64,000 nt of DNA from Candidatus Omnitrophota bacterium (GTDB lineage: Bacteria > Omnitrophota > Gorgyraeia > JABMRG01 > JAFGKX01). The notes beneath the pieces were generated by a model. The model had not been told where the DNA came from and searched no databases. It was given only the letters and a program-made list of their open reading frames with translations. This document shows positions 9,641 to 18,248 of this stretch, in pieces. Every line of letters begins with the position of its first letter. The first letter of the stretch is position 1. A program made the position numbers and the translations under genes. The stretch covers positions 9,180 to 73,179 of the forward strand of contig JAZDPX010000013.1 of assembly GCA_043797125.1 (NCBI GenBank), written 5' to 3'.

Positions 9641-10465
9641 TTAGTCCCAAATCTCCGAGAACGTTTTTATCCTGCTGTATTGAAACACCGGGCCGTCTTT
9701 ACACGCGTAATATATGCCTATTCGGCAGTGCCCGCATTTTCCTATTCCGCATGACATGTTCTTTTCCATTGAAAGATATATATTTTCTTCCTTAAATCCC
9801 ATTTCAAGCGCTTTTTTGGTTGCAAACTTCATCATTATAGGCGGGCCGCAAATTATCGCGACGCCTTTTGAATAATCCATATCAACATCATCCAAAATAG
9901 AAGTTACAAGGCCTACGTTGCCCTTCCATGTTTCATCGCCGGAATCAACCGTGAGCTTAATATTCAAATCGCTTCTTGTGTGCCAGCTTTGGGTCTCGTC
10001 TTTATAAACCAGTTCCTTCGATGTCCTGCAGCCGCCTCTAAAAAACAGTTTCTTAAAATCCTTTGATCTGTCAAAAAGCGCGTACATAAGGCTTCTTAAA
10101 GGCGCGAAACCGCATCCTCCGCCGATAACCAATATCTCTTTGCCTTTAAAATCATCTAAAGGATAACCTTTTCCAAAAGGCCCTCTTAAACCAACCATGT
10201 CGCCTTTTTTAAGCTGATGTATCTTTTCAGTAACCTTACCCACTTTCATTATGCTTACTTCCATCGTGTCTTTAACAGCAGGCCTTGATGAGGGAGTAAA
10301 AGGCGCTTCCCCGACGCCGGGAATTGTCAATTCAATAAACTGGCCCGCGGCAAACGTTATCTGTTCTACGGGTTTAAGCTTCAGCGTTCTGATGGTCGGT
10401 GTTTCCGTTATAACATCAAGCACTTCTGTTTTAATAGGCCTGTATGGATTATTTATCTTATTCAT
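9641..10465 (-). CDS. HydG/AsrB/PyrK-like FAD/NAD(P)H oxidoreductase subunit with C-terminal [2Fe-2S]
   Basis: FNR-like fold (GGGCGFAPLRS) with a C-terminal CGIGKCGHCRIG motif. The ATG at 10465 forms an ATGA overlap with the upstream stop; the track start 10537 would overlap by 76 nt. Confidence 0.75.
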   Translation of the reverse strand: MNKINNPYRPIKTEVLDVITETPTIRTLKLKPVEQITFAAGQFIELTIPGVGEAPFTPSSRPAVKDTMEVSIMKVGKVTEKIHQLKKGDMVGLRGPFGKGYPLDDFKGKEILVIGGGCGFAPLRSLMYALFDRSKDFKKLFFRGGCRTSKELVYKDETQSWHTRSDLNIKLTVDSGDETWKGNVGLVTSILDDVDMDYSKGVAIICGPPIMMKFATKKALEMGFKEENIYLSMEKNMSCGIGKCGHCRIGIYYACKDGPVFQYSRIKTFSEIWD

Positions 10466-11484
10466 TTTGCTGTTAATCTTTTTAAGACTCTTCTTATATC
10501 TATTTTTGCCGGGCACGCTGTTATGCAGCGGCCGCATCCTGTGCAGGCATATACATCAGCGGCCTTCGGGAAAAAATCAAACTTTTTTTCAAACCTGTTC
10601 CTTAGCCTCATCCACAGGTGCGGCCTTGGATTAGCGCCTCCTGCAACTCTCGCAAAATACTTTACCATGCAGGAATCCCATATTCGCAAGCGCGCCATTT
10701 TACTTTCATCCTTCTGGTCATATAAAAGAAAACAATGGCAGGTGGGGCATATGGTATTGCACGCGCCGCATTCAACGCATGTCTTTGCCTCGTCCTCCCA
10801 TATACCGGACTCGTAATTTTTATCTATAATGTCTTTAAAAATATCCTGGTTGGGAACATTGTTTTCTTTTATGTTGGCCTCGACTTCCTTGGTTGTTTTT
10901 ACCCTTATGTTGTCCCGTTGAAGTAGAAAACCATTTTTTACTTCTTCAAATAAAGATGCGTGCTTGGAAATAATATTCTCGCCTTTTTTTGATCCTGTTT
11001 CTGCCAGAAAACCGCCATTAACTTGCGAAAGATTTATATCAAAATTCTCCTGCGCATACGGCTTTACGCCTAATGCCAGGCAGAAGCATGTCTTAATCGC
11101 GCAGGTGCAATCGCAGGATATGATAAGATTTTCTTCGCGGGCCTTTATATAAAACGGGTCCTGGTAATCGTGATTTTTAAATACAAAATCCTGGACCTTA
11201 AACCCTTTAAGATCGCATGCCTTAACCCCGACAACAGCAAATGGCTTGTTCTTGCTGGATGGTATATCCGCAGAAAAATCTTCCGCCACAATCTCTCTTG
11301 CCTTGCTGAAAAACGCTTTAACAGGCTCGAATGCCCTTACTTCACCTAGCACGATATCTTCACTCGGGCCTGTGTATTCTGCGTAAAAACGCTGCTGGTT
11401 CTTTTTTACAGGTGTAAAGACGCTGTAATCCTTTTTTAAGAAATCCAGCAGCCTAAATAGATTTTCCCGTGTAATATATTTCAT
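10462..11484 (-). CDS. HydB/AsrA-like iron-sulfur subunit (sulfhydrogenase beta-like)
   Basis: Cys clusters CDCTCAIKTCFC, CVECGACNTICPTCHC and CTGCGRCITACP. Translationally coupled (ATGA) to rex and to the HydG-like gene. Confidence 0.7.
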   Translation of the reverse strand: MKYITRENLFRLLDFLKKDYSVFTPVKKNQQRFYAEYTGPSEDIVLGEVRAFEPVKAFFSKAREIVAEDFSADIPSSKNKPFAVVGVKACDLKGFKVQDFVFKNHDYQDPFYIKAREENLIISCDCTCAIKTCFCLALGVKPYAQENFDINLSQVNGGFLAETGSKKGENIISKHASLFEEVKNGFLLQRDNIRVKTTKEVEANIKENNVPNQDIFKDIIDKNYESGIWEDEAKTCVECGACNTICPTCHCFLLYDQKDESKMARLRIWDSCMVKYFARVAGGANPRPHLWMRLRNRFEKKFDFFPKAADVYACTGCGRCITACPAKIDIRRVLKRLTAK

Positions 11485-12110
11485 TTTTTATTCGCCAGAA
11501 AGTACGAAAGCGTCGCGAGTTCTCTTGAAAGGTCAACGTCTTTCACCTTTACGTTCTCGGGCACTATCAATGCCGCTGGGGCAAAGTTTAATATGCACTC
11601 AACGCCTGAGGCGACTATCTTTTCCGCTACTTCCTGGGCCGCCTGCCCGGGAACAGCTATAATACCTATTGATATCTTTTTTTCCGCCATAACCTTCGGC
11701 ATTTTTTCAATAGGCTGTATAGCCACATCGCCGTGTTTTTTGCCGACTTTTCTCATATCAGAATCGAACGCAGCCACAATATTAAGCCCGCGTTCTTTAA
11801 AGCCCGGATATGCCAAAAGCGCGGTTCCTAAAGAACCAGCGCCTACGACAGCGACGTTCCAGGTCTTATTTTTTCCTAATATATTCTCAAGCGCCTGTTT
11901 TAGCTCATTTACATCGTAGCCGGAGCCGCTTACGCCGAACTGTCCGAAATGGCCCAGGTCTTTTCTTACCTGCGCGTCGCTTAAGTTTAACCTGTCGCCT
12001 AATTCAGCGGATGATATAGTGCGTATGTTTACCTTGGCTAATTCTGTAAGCTCTCTAAGATAAACAAACAGCCTTGAGATTGTGCTTTCGGGGATTTTCT
12101 TGGTATTCAT
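11481..12110 (-). CDS. rex: redox-sensing transcriptional repressor Rex
   Basis: N-terminal wHTH followed by a Rossmann domain (VAVVGAGSLG, AFDSD) with typical Rex length and layout. Confidence 0.85.
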   Translation of the reverse strand: MNTKKIPESTISRLFVYLRELTELAKVNIRTISSAELGDRLNLSDAQVRKDLGHFGQFGVSGSGYDVNELKQALENILGKNKTWNVAVVGAGSLGTALLAYPGFKERGLNIVAAFDSDMRKVGKKHGDVAIQPIEKMPKVMAEKKISIGIIAVPGQAAQEVAEKIVASGVECILNFAPAALIVPENVKVKDVDLSRELATLSYFLANKK

Positions 12111-12131
12111 ATTGTGTAAAAAATCACAGAC

Positions 12132-12149
12132 TTTGTGCTATTTTTCACA
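12132..12149 (-). promoter_or_regulatory. Rex operator (TTGTG-N8-CACAA)
   Basis: TTGTGCTATTTTTCACAA matches the Rex box TTGTGAANNNNTTCACAA at 16 of 18 positions. It lies immediately downstream of the -10 of the rex-hydrogenase promoter. Confidence 0.6.
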
Positions 12150-12178
12150 AAGTATATCAAAATAAAAAAATTTTGTCA
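12150..12178 (-). promoter_or_regulatory. sigma-70 promoter of the rex/hydrogenase operon
   Basis: The minus strand reads TTGACA, a 17-nt spacer, then TATACT. Confidence 0.55.
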
Positions 12179-13201
12179 AGTGGATTTTTTAAGGGGGGTT
12201 AATGCTATGCTTGCCAGGTTGACCAGTTCCTTTACCAATGCTATATCCCTGTCTGAAAAGTTGATATTCTTTCTCATGATGTTTAAATTTATAACCCCGT
12301 ACGCGCTTTCGCTGTTGGGCTTGCTAAAAGGCACGATCATGGAGGACGTTATGTCTTTTCTTTTCATCTTCCCGGAAATTGCCTTGTTGTCCTTGTCCTG
12401 AGGCAGAATAATGGGCTTTGATGTAGCTGCGGCAAGGCCTGCTATGCCCTCGCCCATCTTTACATTGGTATTATTAACTATTTCTTTATCGAGTTTCGAG
12501 GAAACTTTTATGTGCAGCATATTAGTAGATTCATTTAAAGTCATTACAGAGCCAGAATCCGCGTTAAGCGCCAGTGTGCATGAATTAAGCAAAGAATTCA
12601 GGATTTTATCTTCGTAATACCTTGAAAACCCGGGGTCAAGCTGCATTACCTCCGGCTTTATTTCGCCGAGGCGCTTTTTATGGTATCCTGCCTGCGCGAT
12701 ATGGGAAAACACCTCTGTCATAAGCTTGATAACTTCGTTTAACCTGTTATAAGTAAAAACAGGCATATCCAGGAGCGTGTCCATCAACTGCTCTAAATCT
12801 ATGCCAAACCTGCTTGCTTCTTTGGAATATGCGGAGGCATCTCCTCTTTTTGCCAACATTACAGGCCCGAGCGCTAAATAGGCGACAATTTCGTCTGCCA
12901 CCGCCATTATGGGGATAATAAAGGCATTAAGCCCGAACGGACAAATAATTTTTGTTTCTTTATCTATGCCCGATATGCTTTTTATTTTAGATTCCGCCAT
13001 GCAGACGTGTAAAACATCGGCATCTTTAGAAGCGTGCGGAAAAATAACCGCGCACAGGTGGTTAGGCCGGCTAGTCTTTGTCATGGCCTCACCGTCAAAT
13101 GAAAAGGTCCTTAAGCTCAGCTCAAGGACCTCTGAAAGAGAATCTTGTATTGCCTGCCAATCTTTAATATTTATAAGCTCTCTAAATAGCAGTTTTGTCA
13201 T
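12176..13201 (-). CDS. GAF-domain sensor protein with no output domain
   Basis: C-terminal GAF motif (MGEGIAGLAAATSKPIILPQD); the N-terminal domain is Cys-containing. The gene overlaps the downstream activator gene by 20 nt. Confidence 0.7.
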   Translation of the reverse strand: MTKLLFRELINIKDWQAIQDSLSEVLELSLRTFSFDGEAMTKTSRPNHLCAVIFPHASKDADVLHVCMAESKIKSISGIDKETKIICPFGLNAFIIPIMAVADEIVAYLALGPVMLAKRGDASAYSKEASRFGIDLEQLMDTLLDMPVFTYNRLNEVIKLMTEVFSHIAQAGYHKKRLGEIKPEVMQLDPGFSRYYEDKILNSLLNSCTLALNADSGSVMTLNESTNMLHIKVSSKLDKEIVNNTNVKMGEGIAGLAAATSKPIILPQDKDNKAISGKMKRKDITSSMIVPFSKPNSESAYGVINLNIMRKNINFSDRDIALVKELVNLASIALTPLKKST

Positions 13202-14609
13202 TTTCTATCTTATCAACAATCGTAATTTTATACTGGCGCAATTTGTTATAGAGAGTTGTCCTGTTCACCCCCAATTTTACAGCCGCCTTTTTCTTGTTCC
13301 ATCCGACTTCCTGTAAAATCTTCAATATATAAACCTTCTCCGGCTCTTTCATGGCGTCCTTAAGCGAAGAAAGTTTCTGGCGCTGCTGGATTGTAATGGC
13401 ATCGCTGACTTCTATTGCGCCGTTAAGTATCACATCGGGTAAATCATCGACATCTATCGCGCTGTCTGTATCAAGTATGACAGCTCTTTCAATAATATTC
13501 TCCAGCTCCCTTATGTTTCCGGGCCAATTGTAACTGGTGAGCGCATCCTGCGCCTGCTGCGAGATGCTATTTATTTTTTTATGGTTTTCTTCTGAATAAA
13601 GATTGACAAAATGCTCTATTAATAGAGGCAAGTCCTGCTTCCTGCTTCTTAAGGGAGGCAGGGTTATTGAAATTACATTAAGCCTGTAATATAAATCTTC
13701 CCGGAATTTTGCGTCTTTAATCGCCTTTTCAAGGTCCTGGTTGGTCGATGCGATAATGCGCACATCTGTTTTTAATGTTTTGTGGTCGCCGACACGCTCA
13801 TATTCCTTTTGCTGCAAAATCCTTAACAACTTGACCTGCAAATCCAGCGAGAAAGAATCTATATCATCTAAAAGCATCGTGCCGCCGTCTCCAAGCTCGA
13901 ATCTGCCTTTGCGGTCAGCTATGGCGCCTGTAAAAGCTCCCCTGGTATGCCCAAACAGCTCGCTCTCAATTATTTCTCTTGGCAGGGCGCCGCATGATAC
14001 TTCAATAAAAGGCTTATTGTGCCTTTTTTTATCGGCCTTATGTATTGCCTGCGCCAGCATTCTTTTTCCTGTGCCGCTTTCGCCGCGCAAAAGTATTGTT
14101 GCCTTTGTATTGGATATGCGGTTAATCAGGGAGTATATCTCTTTCATCTGGGGGCTGTTTCCCACAAGATTAAAGCATGCTCCTGCGTTCTTTGGGGGGT
14201 CTTTCGGGAATATTTGCTCTTTTACCGAGAGGGGAATATTGGCGAATGCCCTTTTTATAGCGCTTACAATCTTTTTATCTTCGACAGGCCTTACAAGATA
14301 ATCAAACGCGCCTATCTTTATGCTGTCAACCGCGGATTCTATGTTGCCGTACGAAGTAAGTATTATAATCTGGCAGGGGTAGTTTTGCTTCTTGATTATT
14401 TTAAGCAGCTCATTGCCGCTGCCGTTTACATCTGTTAATACTACGCGGCGGGGATTATTATCAAGGTGTTTTAAGGTTTCTTCTATTGAATCTGCGAGGT
14501 CAACTGCGTAGCCGTAGCGGCAAAGCATCTCGTAAATGGATTTCCTGGTGAGCTTATCATTGTTCACTACCAATACGTTTGGTTTGCCTGCCGGCTGTTG
14601 ATACTTCAC
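13182..14609 (-). CDS. sigma-54-dependent transcriptional activator (NtrC family) with atypical receiver
   Basis: AAA+ core (GESGTGK, ESELFGHTRGAFTGA) and a C-terminal Fis-type HTH. The receiver has NN in place of the acidic DD pair. Start codon is GTG. Confidence 0.85.
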   Translation of the reverse strand: MKYQQPAGKPNVLVVNNDKLTRKSIYEMLCRYGYAVDLADSIEETLKHLDNNPRRVVLTDVNGSGNELLKIIKKQNYPCQIIILTSYGNIESAVDSIKIGAFDYLVRPVEDKKIVSAIKRAFANIPLSVKEQIFPKDPPKNAGACFNLVGNSPQMKEIYSLINRISNTKATILLRGESGTGKRMLAQAIHKADKKRHNKPFIEVSCGALPREIIESELFGHTRGAFTGAIADRKGRFELGDGGTMLLDDIDSFSLDLQVKLLRILQQKEYERVGDHKTLKTDVRIIASTNQDLEKAIKDAKFREDLYYRLNVISITLPPLRSRKQDLPLLIEHFVNLYSEENHKKINSISQQAQDALTSYNWPGNIRELENIIERAVILDTDSAIDVDDLPDVILNGAIEVSDAITIQQRQKLSSLKDAMKEPEKVYILKILQEVGWNKKKAAVKLGVNRTTLYNKLRQYKITIVDKIENDKTAI

Positions 14610-14919
14610 TGATTTCTCTTTCTATTTTTACTGCGTAATTATTAAGCCTTTTCACTAGGGATGACGTCTTTCTTATGCCTTTTTTGGACTCAAGAAGGAA
14701 TTCTCTTCCCTGCGAATCTTCATCTATTGTTTGTAATGTCAAATTTATAAAACGATTTACCGTATCAATAGGGCTGCAAAGCTGATTTATTATATTCCTA
14801 GATACTTTACCCATTCGCATGAGCTTTTTGTATCGCTTGGATTTTCGGCCTGAGCTTTGCTGGCCATTTTGGCTGATTACGCCATTTTTAGGTAAGGTAG
14901 ATTGTACCATATTGTCCAT
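14557..14919 (-). CDS. hypothetical basic protein
   Basis: ORF only, with no clear RBS. It would fill a 380-nt gap that otherwise has no gene. Confidence 0.3.
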   Translation of the reverse strand: MDNMVQSTLPKNGVISQNGQQSSGRKSKRYKKLMRMGKVSRNIINQLCSPIDTVNRFINLTLQTIDEDSQGREFLLESKKGIRKTSSLVKRLNNYAVKIEREISEVSTAGRQTKRIGSEQ

Positions 14920-14966
14920 GACAGTGCAAGTAAAAAATACAATTTTTAAAAAGTATTAATAATGCC

Positions 14967-14991
14967 GTCATCCCCGCGAAAGCGGGGATCC
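14967..14991. repeat. repeat A: GTCATCCCCGCGAAAGCGGGGATCC (GC stem, GAAA loop)
   Basis: Exact copy that abuts the stop of the TPR gene. Confidence 0.85.
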
Positions 14992-14992
14992 A

Positions 14993-15865
14993 TTATGCAG
15001 GCAGTTCCTTCTTCAGCGCCTCTATCCTCTTTTCCAGAATAGCCTTAAATCTATTATCTACTGCCTTTTCTTTCATATCGCTATATATCTGTATCGCCTG
15101 CTGCGGCATTTTAAGTGTCTTCACATATATAAACTCCACGGCGGGAAGCTGTTGCTCAAAAGTAGACGGCGAAGGATAATTATTAATTATATCCTGCACC
15201 ATTTTGCCGGCATCCTCAAACTTTGTCAGGCCTACGTATGACTGCACAAGCAAGGTTGCTGCCATATATCCGAGCGCTGTTGCCTTGTTATCTTTTTCTG
15301 TTTTGCTGTAAAATGCCGCAGCTTCTGCATATGACTGCTCTGCGCGCACAGCATCACCTGCTTTTGAATAGTGATTTGCAATATAAAGCGCTGCCTGAAG
15401 TCCTAAAAATGTATTCGCGTATCTATCTTTTAGCGTGGTATATTCCTCTAACGCCTTGCTCCATTTGTCCTGCTTTTCATAGACGGTTGCCTTAAGAAAA
15501 TGCGCCTTGCTTAAAGTGGCAAGATCCCCGCCGGGCTTGCTGATGACAGTATCGATGCCGGTTATGGCTTTATCGTATTTATTTGTGGCTATGTAAAACT
15601 CTATCAGCACCATTTGCGCTGTCTTGGCAACATCTGTCTGCGAAAAGTTCTTTATTACCTTGTTTAAGTCGTTTTCAACCGAGGTAAACAGCTTTGGGGG
15701 TATTACATCCGGGTTTTGTGTTATCTTTTGGATATTTTTGGTTGCGCGGTAAAACAGCTTCTCCGCCTTGTACTCAGGGCTCTGCCCGTATATAGTGAGA
15801 AGTATATATACTATTATTAATATAAGCCCCAGGGAAAATATAATGCCTCTGATATTTAGCTTCAC
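14993..15865 (-). CDS. TPR-repeat protein with N-terminal TM anchor
   Basis: TPR-like helical repeats. A GTG start at 15865 with a GGAGG SD is preferred over track start 15907. Confidence 0.65.
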   Translation of the reverse strand: MKLNIRGIIFSLGLILIIVYILLTIYGQSPEYKAEKLFYRATKNIQKITQNPDVIPPKLFTSVENDLNKVIKNFSQTDVAKTAQMVLIEFYIATNKYDKAITGIDTVISKPGGDLATLSKAHFLKATVYEKQDKWSKALEEYTTLKDRYANTFLGLQAALYIANHYSKAGDAVRAEQSYAEAAAFYSKTEKDNKATALGYMAATLLVQSYVGLTKFEDAGKMVQDIINNYPSPSTFEQQLPAVEFIYVKTLKMPQQAIQIYSDMKEKAVDNRFKAILEKRIEALKKELPA

Positions 15866-15866
15866 T

Positions 15867-16715
15867 TTATTCCTCCGTATCCAGTAAAAACTGCGACGCG
15901 CACACAATTACAAAGCTGTCTATAAATATTGTAAGGACTATTCCTAATAATGTTATGGCAACGGTTATTTCAGGGAATGTCATCTGGGCCAGCTGTGTCG
16001 CGTTGCTTTTTAATAAAGCTATGGGTAAAAACAATAGCGACGGGACTAATATTAAAGCGAATAAACTGAAAAACCTGCGAAAGCCCAGGGAAATGCTTTT
16101 GCCCAATGCTTTTACCAGCGGGCTTTTTTGCATTACCATAATAGGCAGCGCAAGTATAAAAAATGTCTGCAATATGATGTTAGATGCAAATAAAAATAAT
16201 GACGCTCCTGAAAAATACGCCCTGCCTACAAAGCGCGGCGCTTGCTTCGCGGCGAGCCTTGCCAGTTTATTAAAAATAAACAAATCTGCCTTTTTTAATA
16301 AAAACAAAAGGATAATCATCAGAATACCAAAAGATAAAAACGCGCCGCATCTTTTTAAGGCGTTTTTTATAAAGGCGTTGGTCCTTAGCGGAAGGCCCTC
16401 TTTGACGTTCCTGAATATATTAATGGAAACGCCGGTTAAAAATACGGCTATAAAGATGTAAATCAGTATTTGAAGGTAATAAAATATATTAGGCAATATA
16501 ATGACATTGCCGGGATAGTGCAGGGAGGCTTCGCCGTAAAATTTTCTTATAACGGGCCCGGCTATTATTGATAGGGGCTTCCTTGATGAAAAATAAATTA
16601 GTTCAACTGCCAGGCACTCAAAAAAGGCAGTAATAATAAAAGGCAAAAGAATGATAGGCTTTGCCTTCAGCAAATCAAATGCCGATACCCAATTTTTCCT
16701 TAAGTTATAGTTCAT
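15867..16715 (-). CDS. polytopic membrane protein, function unknown
   Basis: 282 aa with at least six hydrophobic segments. Confidence 0.55.
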   Translation of the reverse strand: MNYNLRKNWVSAFDLLKAKPIILLPFIITAFFECLAVELIYFSSRKPLSIIAGPVIRKFYGEASLHYPGNVIILPNIFYYLQILIYIFIAVFLTGVSINIFRNVKEGLPLRTNAFIKNALKRCGAFLSFGILMIILLFLLKKADLFIFNKLARLAAKQAPRFVGRAYFSGASLFLFASNIILQTFFILALPIMVMQKSPLVKALGKSISLGFRRFFSLFALILVPSLLFLPIALLKSNATQLAQMTFPEITVAITLLGIVLTIFIDSFVIVCASQFLLDTEE

Positions 16716-16770
16716 ATTTTATATTATATCACAACTCTGAACTTTTTCTACTTTTTTTAGAAAGTGCTTA

Positions 16771-16849
16771 AAAAAAATGCCATCACTACGGCCTTTTATT
16801 ACAGTGGGAGAACACAAAACTTTTCTTGCAAGAGCCTTGTGCTCTCCCC
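16771..16849 (-). terminator. hairpin (GGGAGAGCACAA/TTGTGTTCTCCC) followed by T8 tract downstream of PEP-CTERM gene
   Basis: A 12-bp stem with one mismatch sits at 16806-16849, and a T8 run on the minus strand at 16771-16778. Confidence 0.4.
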
Positions 16850-16907
16850 CATAAGCATGCTTACTAGGTTCAAGCAAAAGCTCCCACCTTAATTAAAAGA
16901 TAAGGAG

Positions 16908-17480
16908 CTATTTGCTGAACTTATTTCTTACTGCTCCAACACCAATTCCTAAAAGGCCGAGGCCTAATAGAGCCATTGTTGCCGGTTCCGGTACTCCGGG
17001 CGCTTTTGACGTGCCTGTTGCATCTTCGTCGGTTTGATTCCACGCTGCTGCAGTTGTAAAATAAGGCATGTGAACGCTTTTTACTCTGAACTCACCTTGC
17101 GATTCACCTATATCCAGCTGATACCCATAATCTGCATCCCAACCAAAAGTCATAGGATATGGATTCCAATCCCATCCGGTCGGCGTATTTACTTCTATCA
17201 CGCTAACAACCGACGGTTTATCCAGCGCGAAATCTGTAAGATATGTGTCGTAACTAATATTCGTAAGCATATACTCATATCCCCAGTAACCTGTCCCGTA
17301 AACGAAATTGCCGGCTGAATTATCAGAAGGATCCCATATGCCTAAATCCAGCTGTGCATTTCCGTCCACGCAGGTTAGTATCGACGTAAACGTTGAAGTA
17401 AACGCCCATGCGCCTGAAGTAACGCTTAACATCATTGCTGCGAACATCATTATTGTTAATATTCTTTTCACTTGTTTCAC
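16908..17480 (-). CDS. PEP-CTERM sorting-domain secreted protein
   Basis: Signal peptide, and the C-terminus is VPEPATMALLGLGLLGIGVGAVRNKFSK (PEP motif, TM helix, basic tail). Confidence 0.85.
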   Translation of the reverse strand: MKQVKRILTIMMFAAMMLSVTSGAWAFTSTFTSILTCVDGNAQLDLGIWDPSDNSAGNFVYGTGYWGYEYMLTNISYDTYLTDFALDKPSVVSVIEVNTPTGWDWNPYPMTFGWDADYGYQLDIGESQGEFRVKSVHMPYFTTAAAWNQTDEDATGTSKAPGVPEPATMALLGLGLLGIGVGAVRNKFSK

Positions 17481-17600
17481 CTCCTTTTTTTAAAAAATAT
17501 TTATCACAGATGACCGCAGATTAAAGGATACAGATGATCACAGATATAATATCTGCGATCATCTTGCATTTTTTTATCTGTGCTAATCTGTGTCAATTTG

Positions 17601-18248
17601 TTATCTTTTCCTTCTGAATAAAAGCCCTGCCGCGCCTAATCCAACTAACGCCAATGTAATAGGCTCGGGATTTGCTTGCGCGTCATGCGACGGCGGAACA
17701 AATTTATTATTAGGATTGCCACTGTTTGAAAAATAATACCCGTATGCGTCTATATGTAAGCTGTTAAGGCCTGAAGATGTTACATTGAATTCTAAGATGG
17801 TTCCGTCGGCTGTGCCGCTGCCGGGCATATCCTGCACCGTTTCTGATCCCAAAGGAATATAGCCAAGCGAATGTTCCGCATAATAAGCCGGATATATCCC
17901 GTGAGGCGGCAGTGAGGATGTAAACGGCTCGCCATCTATGGTGTAAGTTTTGAAAGGCGTACCATGCGCAAACGTAGAATATGTATAATAATCATTCGTG
18001 CCATCAGGATTAACGGTTATTGAACCTGCATTGTCGTCACCGGTCGCAAATGTCAAATATACGCCGTATAAATCCTTGTTAGCCGCGATAAACCAAAGCT
18101 CAAAATTGGTTGACCCAAAATGCCAGCTCTGGTCAGCGTCTACATATGTGCCGCCGGGTATATATACCTGCATATCAGGAACAGCATACGCGTTCGCGGC
18201 GAATAACAACCCCAGCACCATTAGCGCCAATAATAATTTCGTTTTCAT
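17601..18248 (-). CDS. PEP-CTERM sorting-domain secreted protein
   Basis: Signal peptide MKTKLLLALMVLGLLFAANAYA, and the C-terminus is NPEPITLALVGLGAAGLLFRRKR. Confidence 0.85.
   Translation of the reverse strand: MKTKLLLALMVLGLLFAANAYAVPDMQVYIPGGTYVDADQSWHFGSTNFELWFIAANKDLYGVYLTFATGDDNAGSITVNPDGTNDYYTYSTFAHGTPFKTYTIDGEPFTSSLPPHGIYPAYYAEHSLGYIPLGSETVQDMPGSGTADGTILEFNVTSSGLNSLHIDAYGYYFSNSGNPNNKFVPPSHDAQANPEPITLALVGLGAAGLLFRRKR

Noticed and set aside
12135-13316. Plus-strand ORFs 12135..12401, 12411..12617 and 12909..13316
   Set aside because: They are antisense to well-supported rex, GAF and sigma-54 activator genes. They have no motifs and no RBS.
16806-16851. GGGAGAA...CTCTCCCCCA hairpin ending in CCA, briefly considered as a tRNA
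   Set aside because: It is only about 46 nt long, the acceptor pairing is inconsistent, and there are no D or T arms. It is better explained as a terminator-like hairpin.
17990-18010. TGGCAC-containing sites at 17993-18007 and 47231-47246 as additional sigma-54 promoters
   Set aside because: The GG-to-GC spacing is wrong (10-11 nt, not 12). Both sites also lie inside coding sequence.
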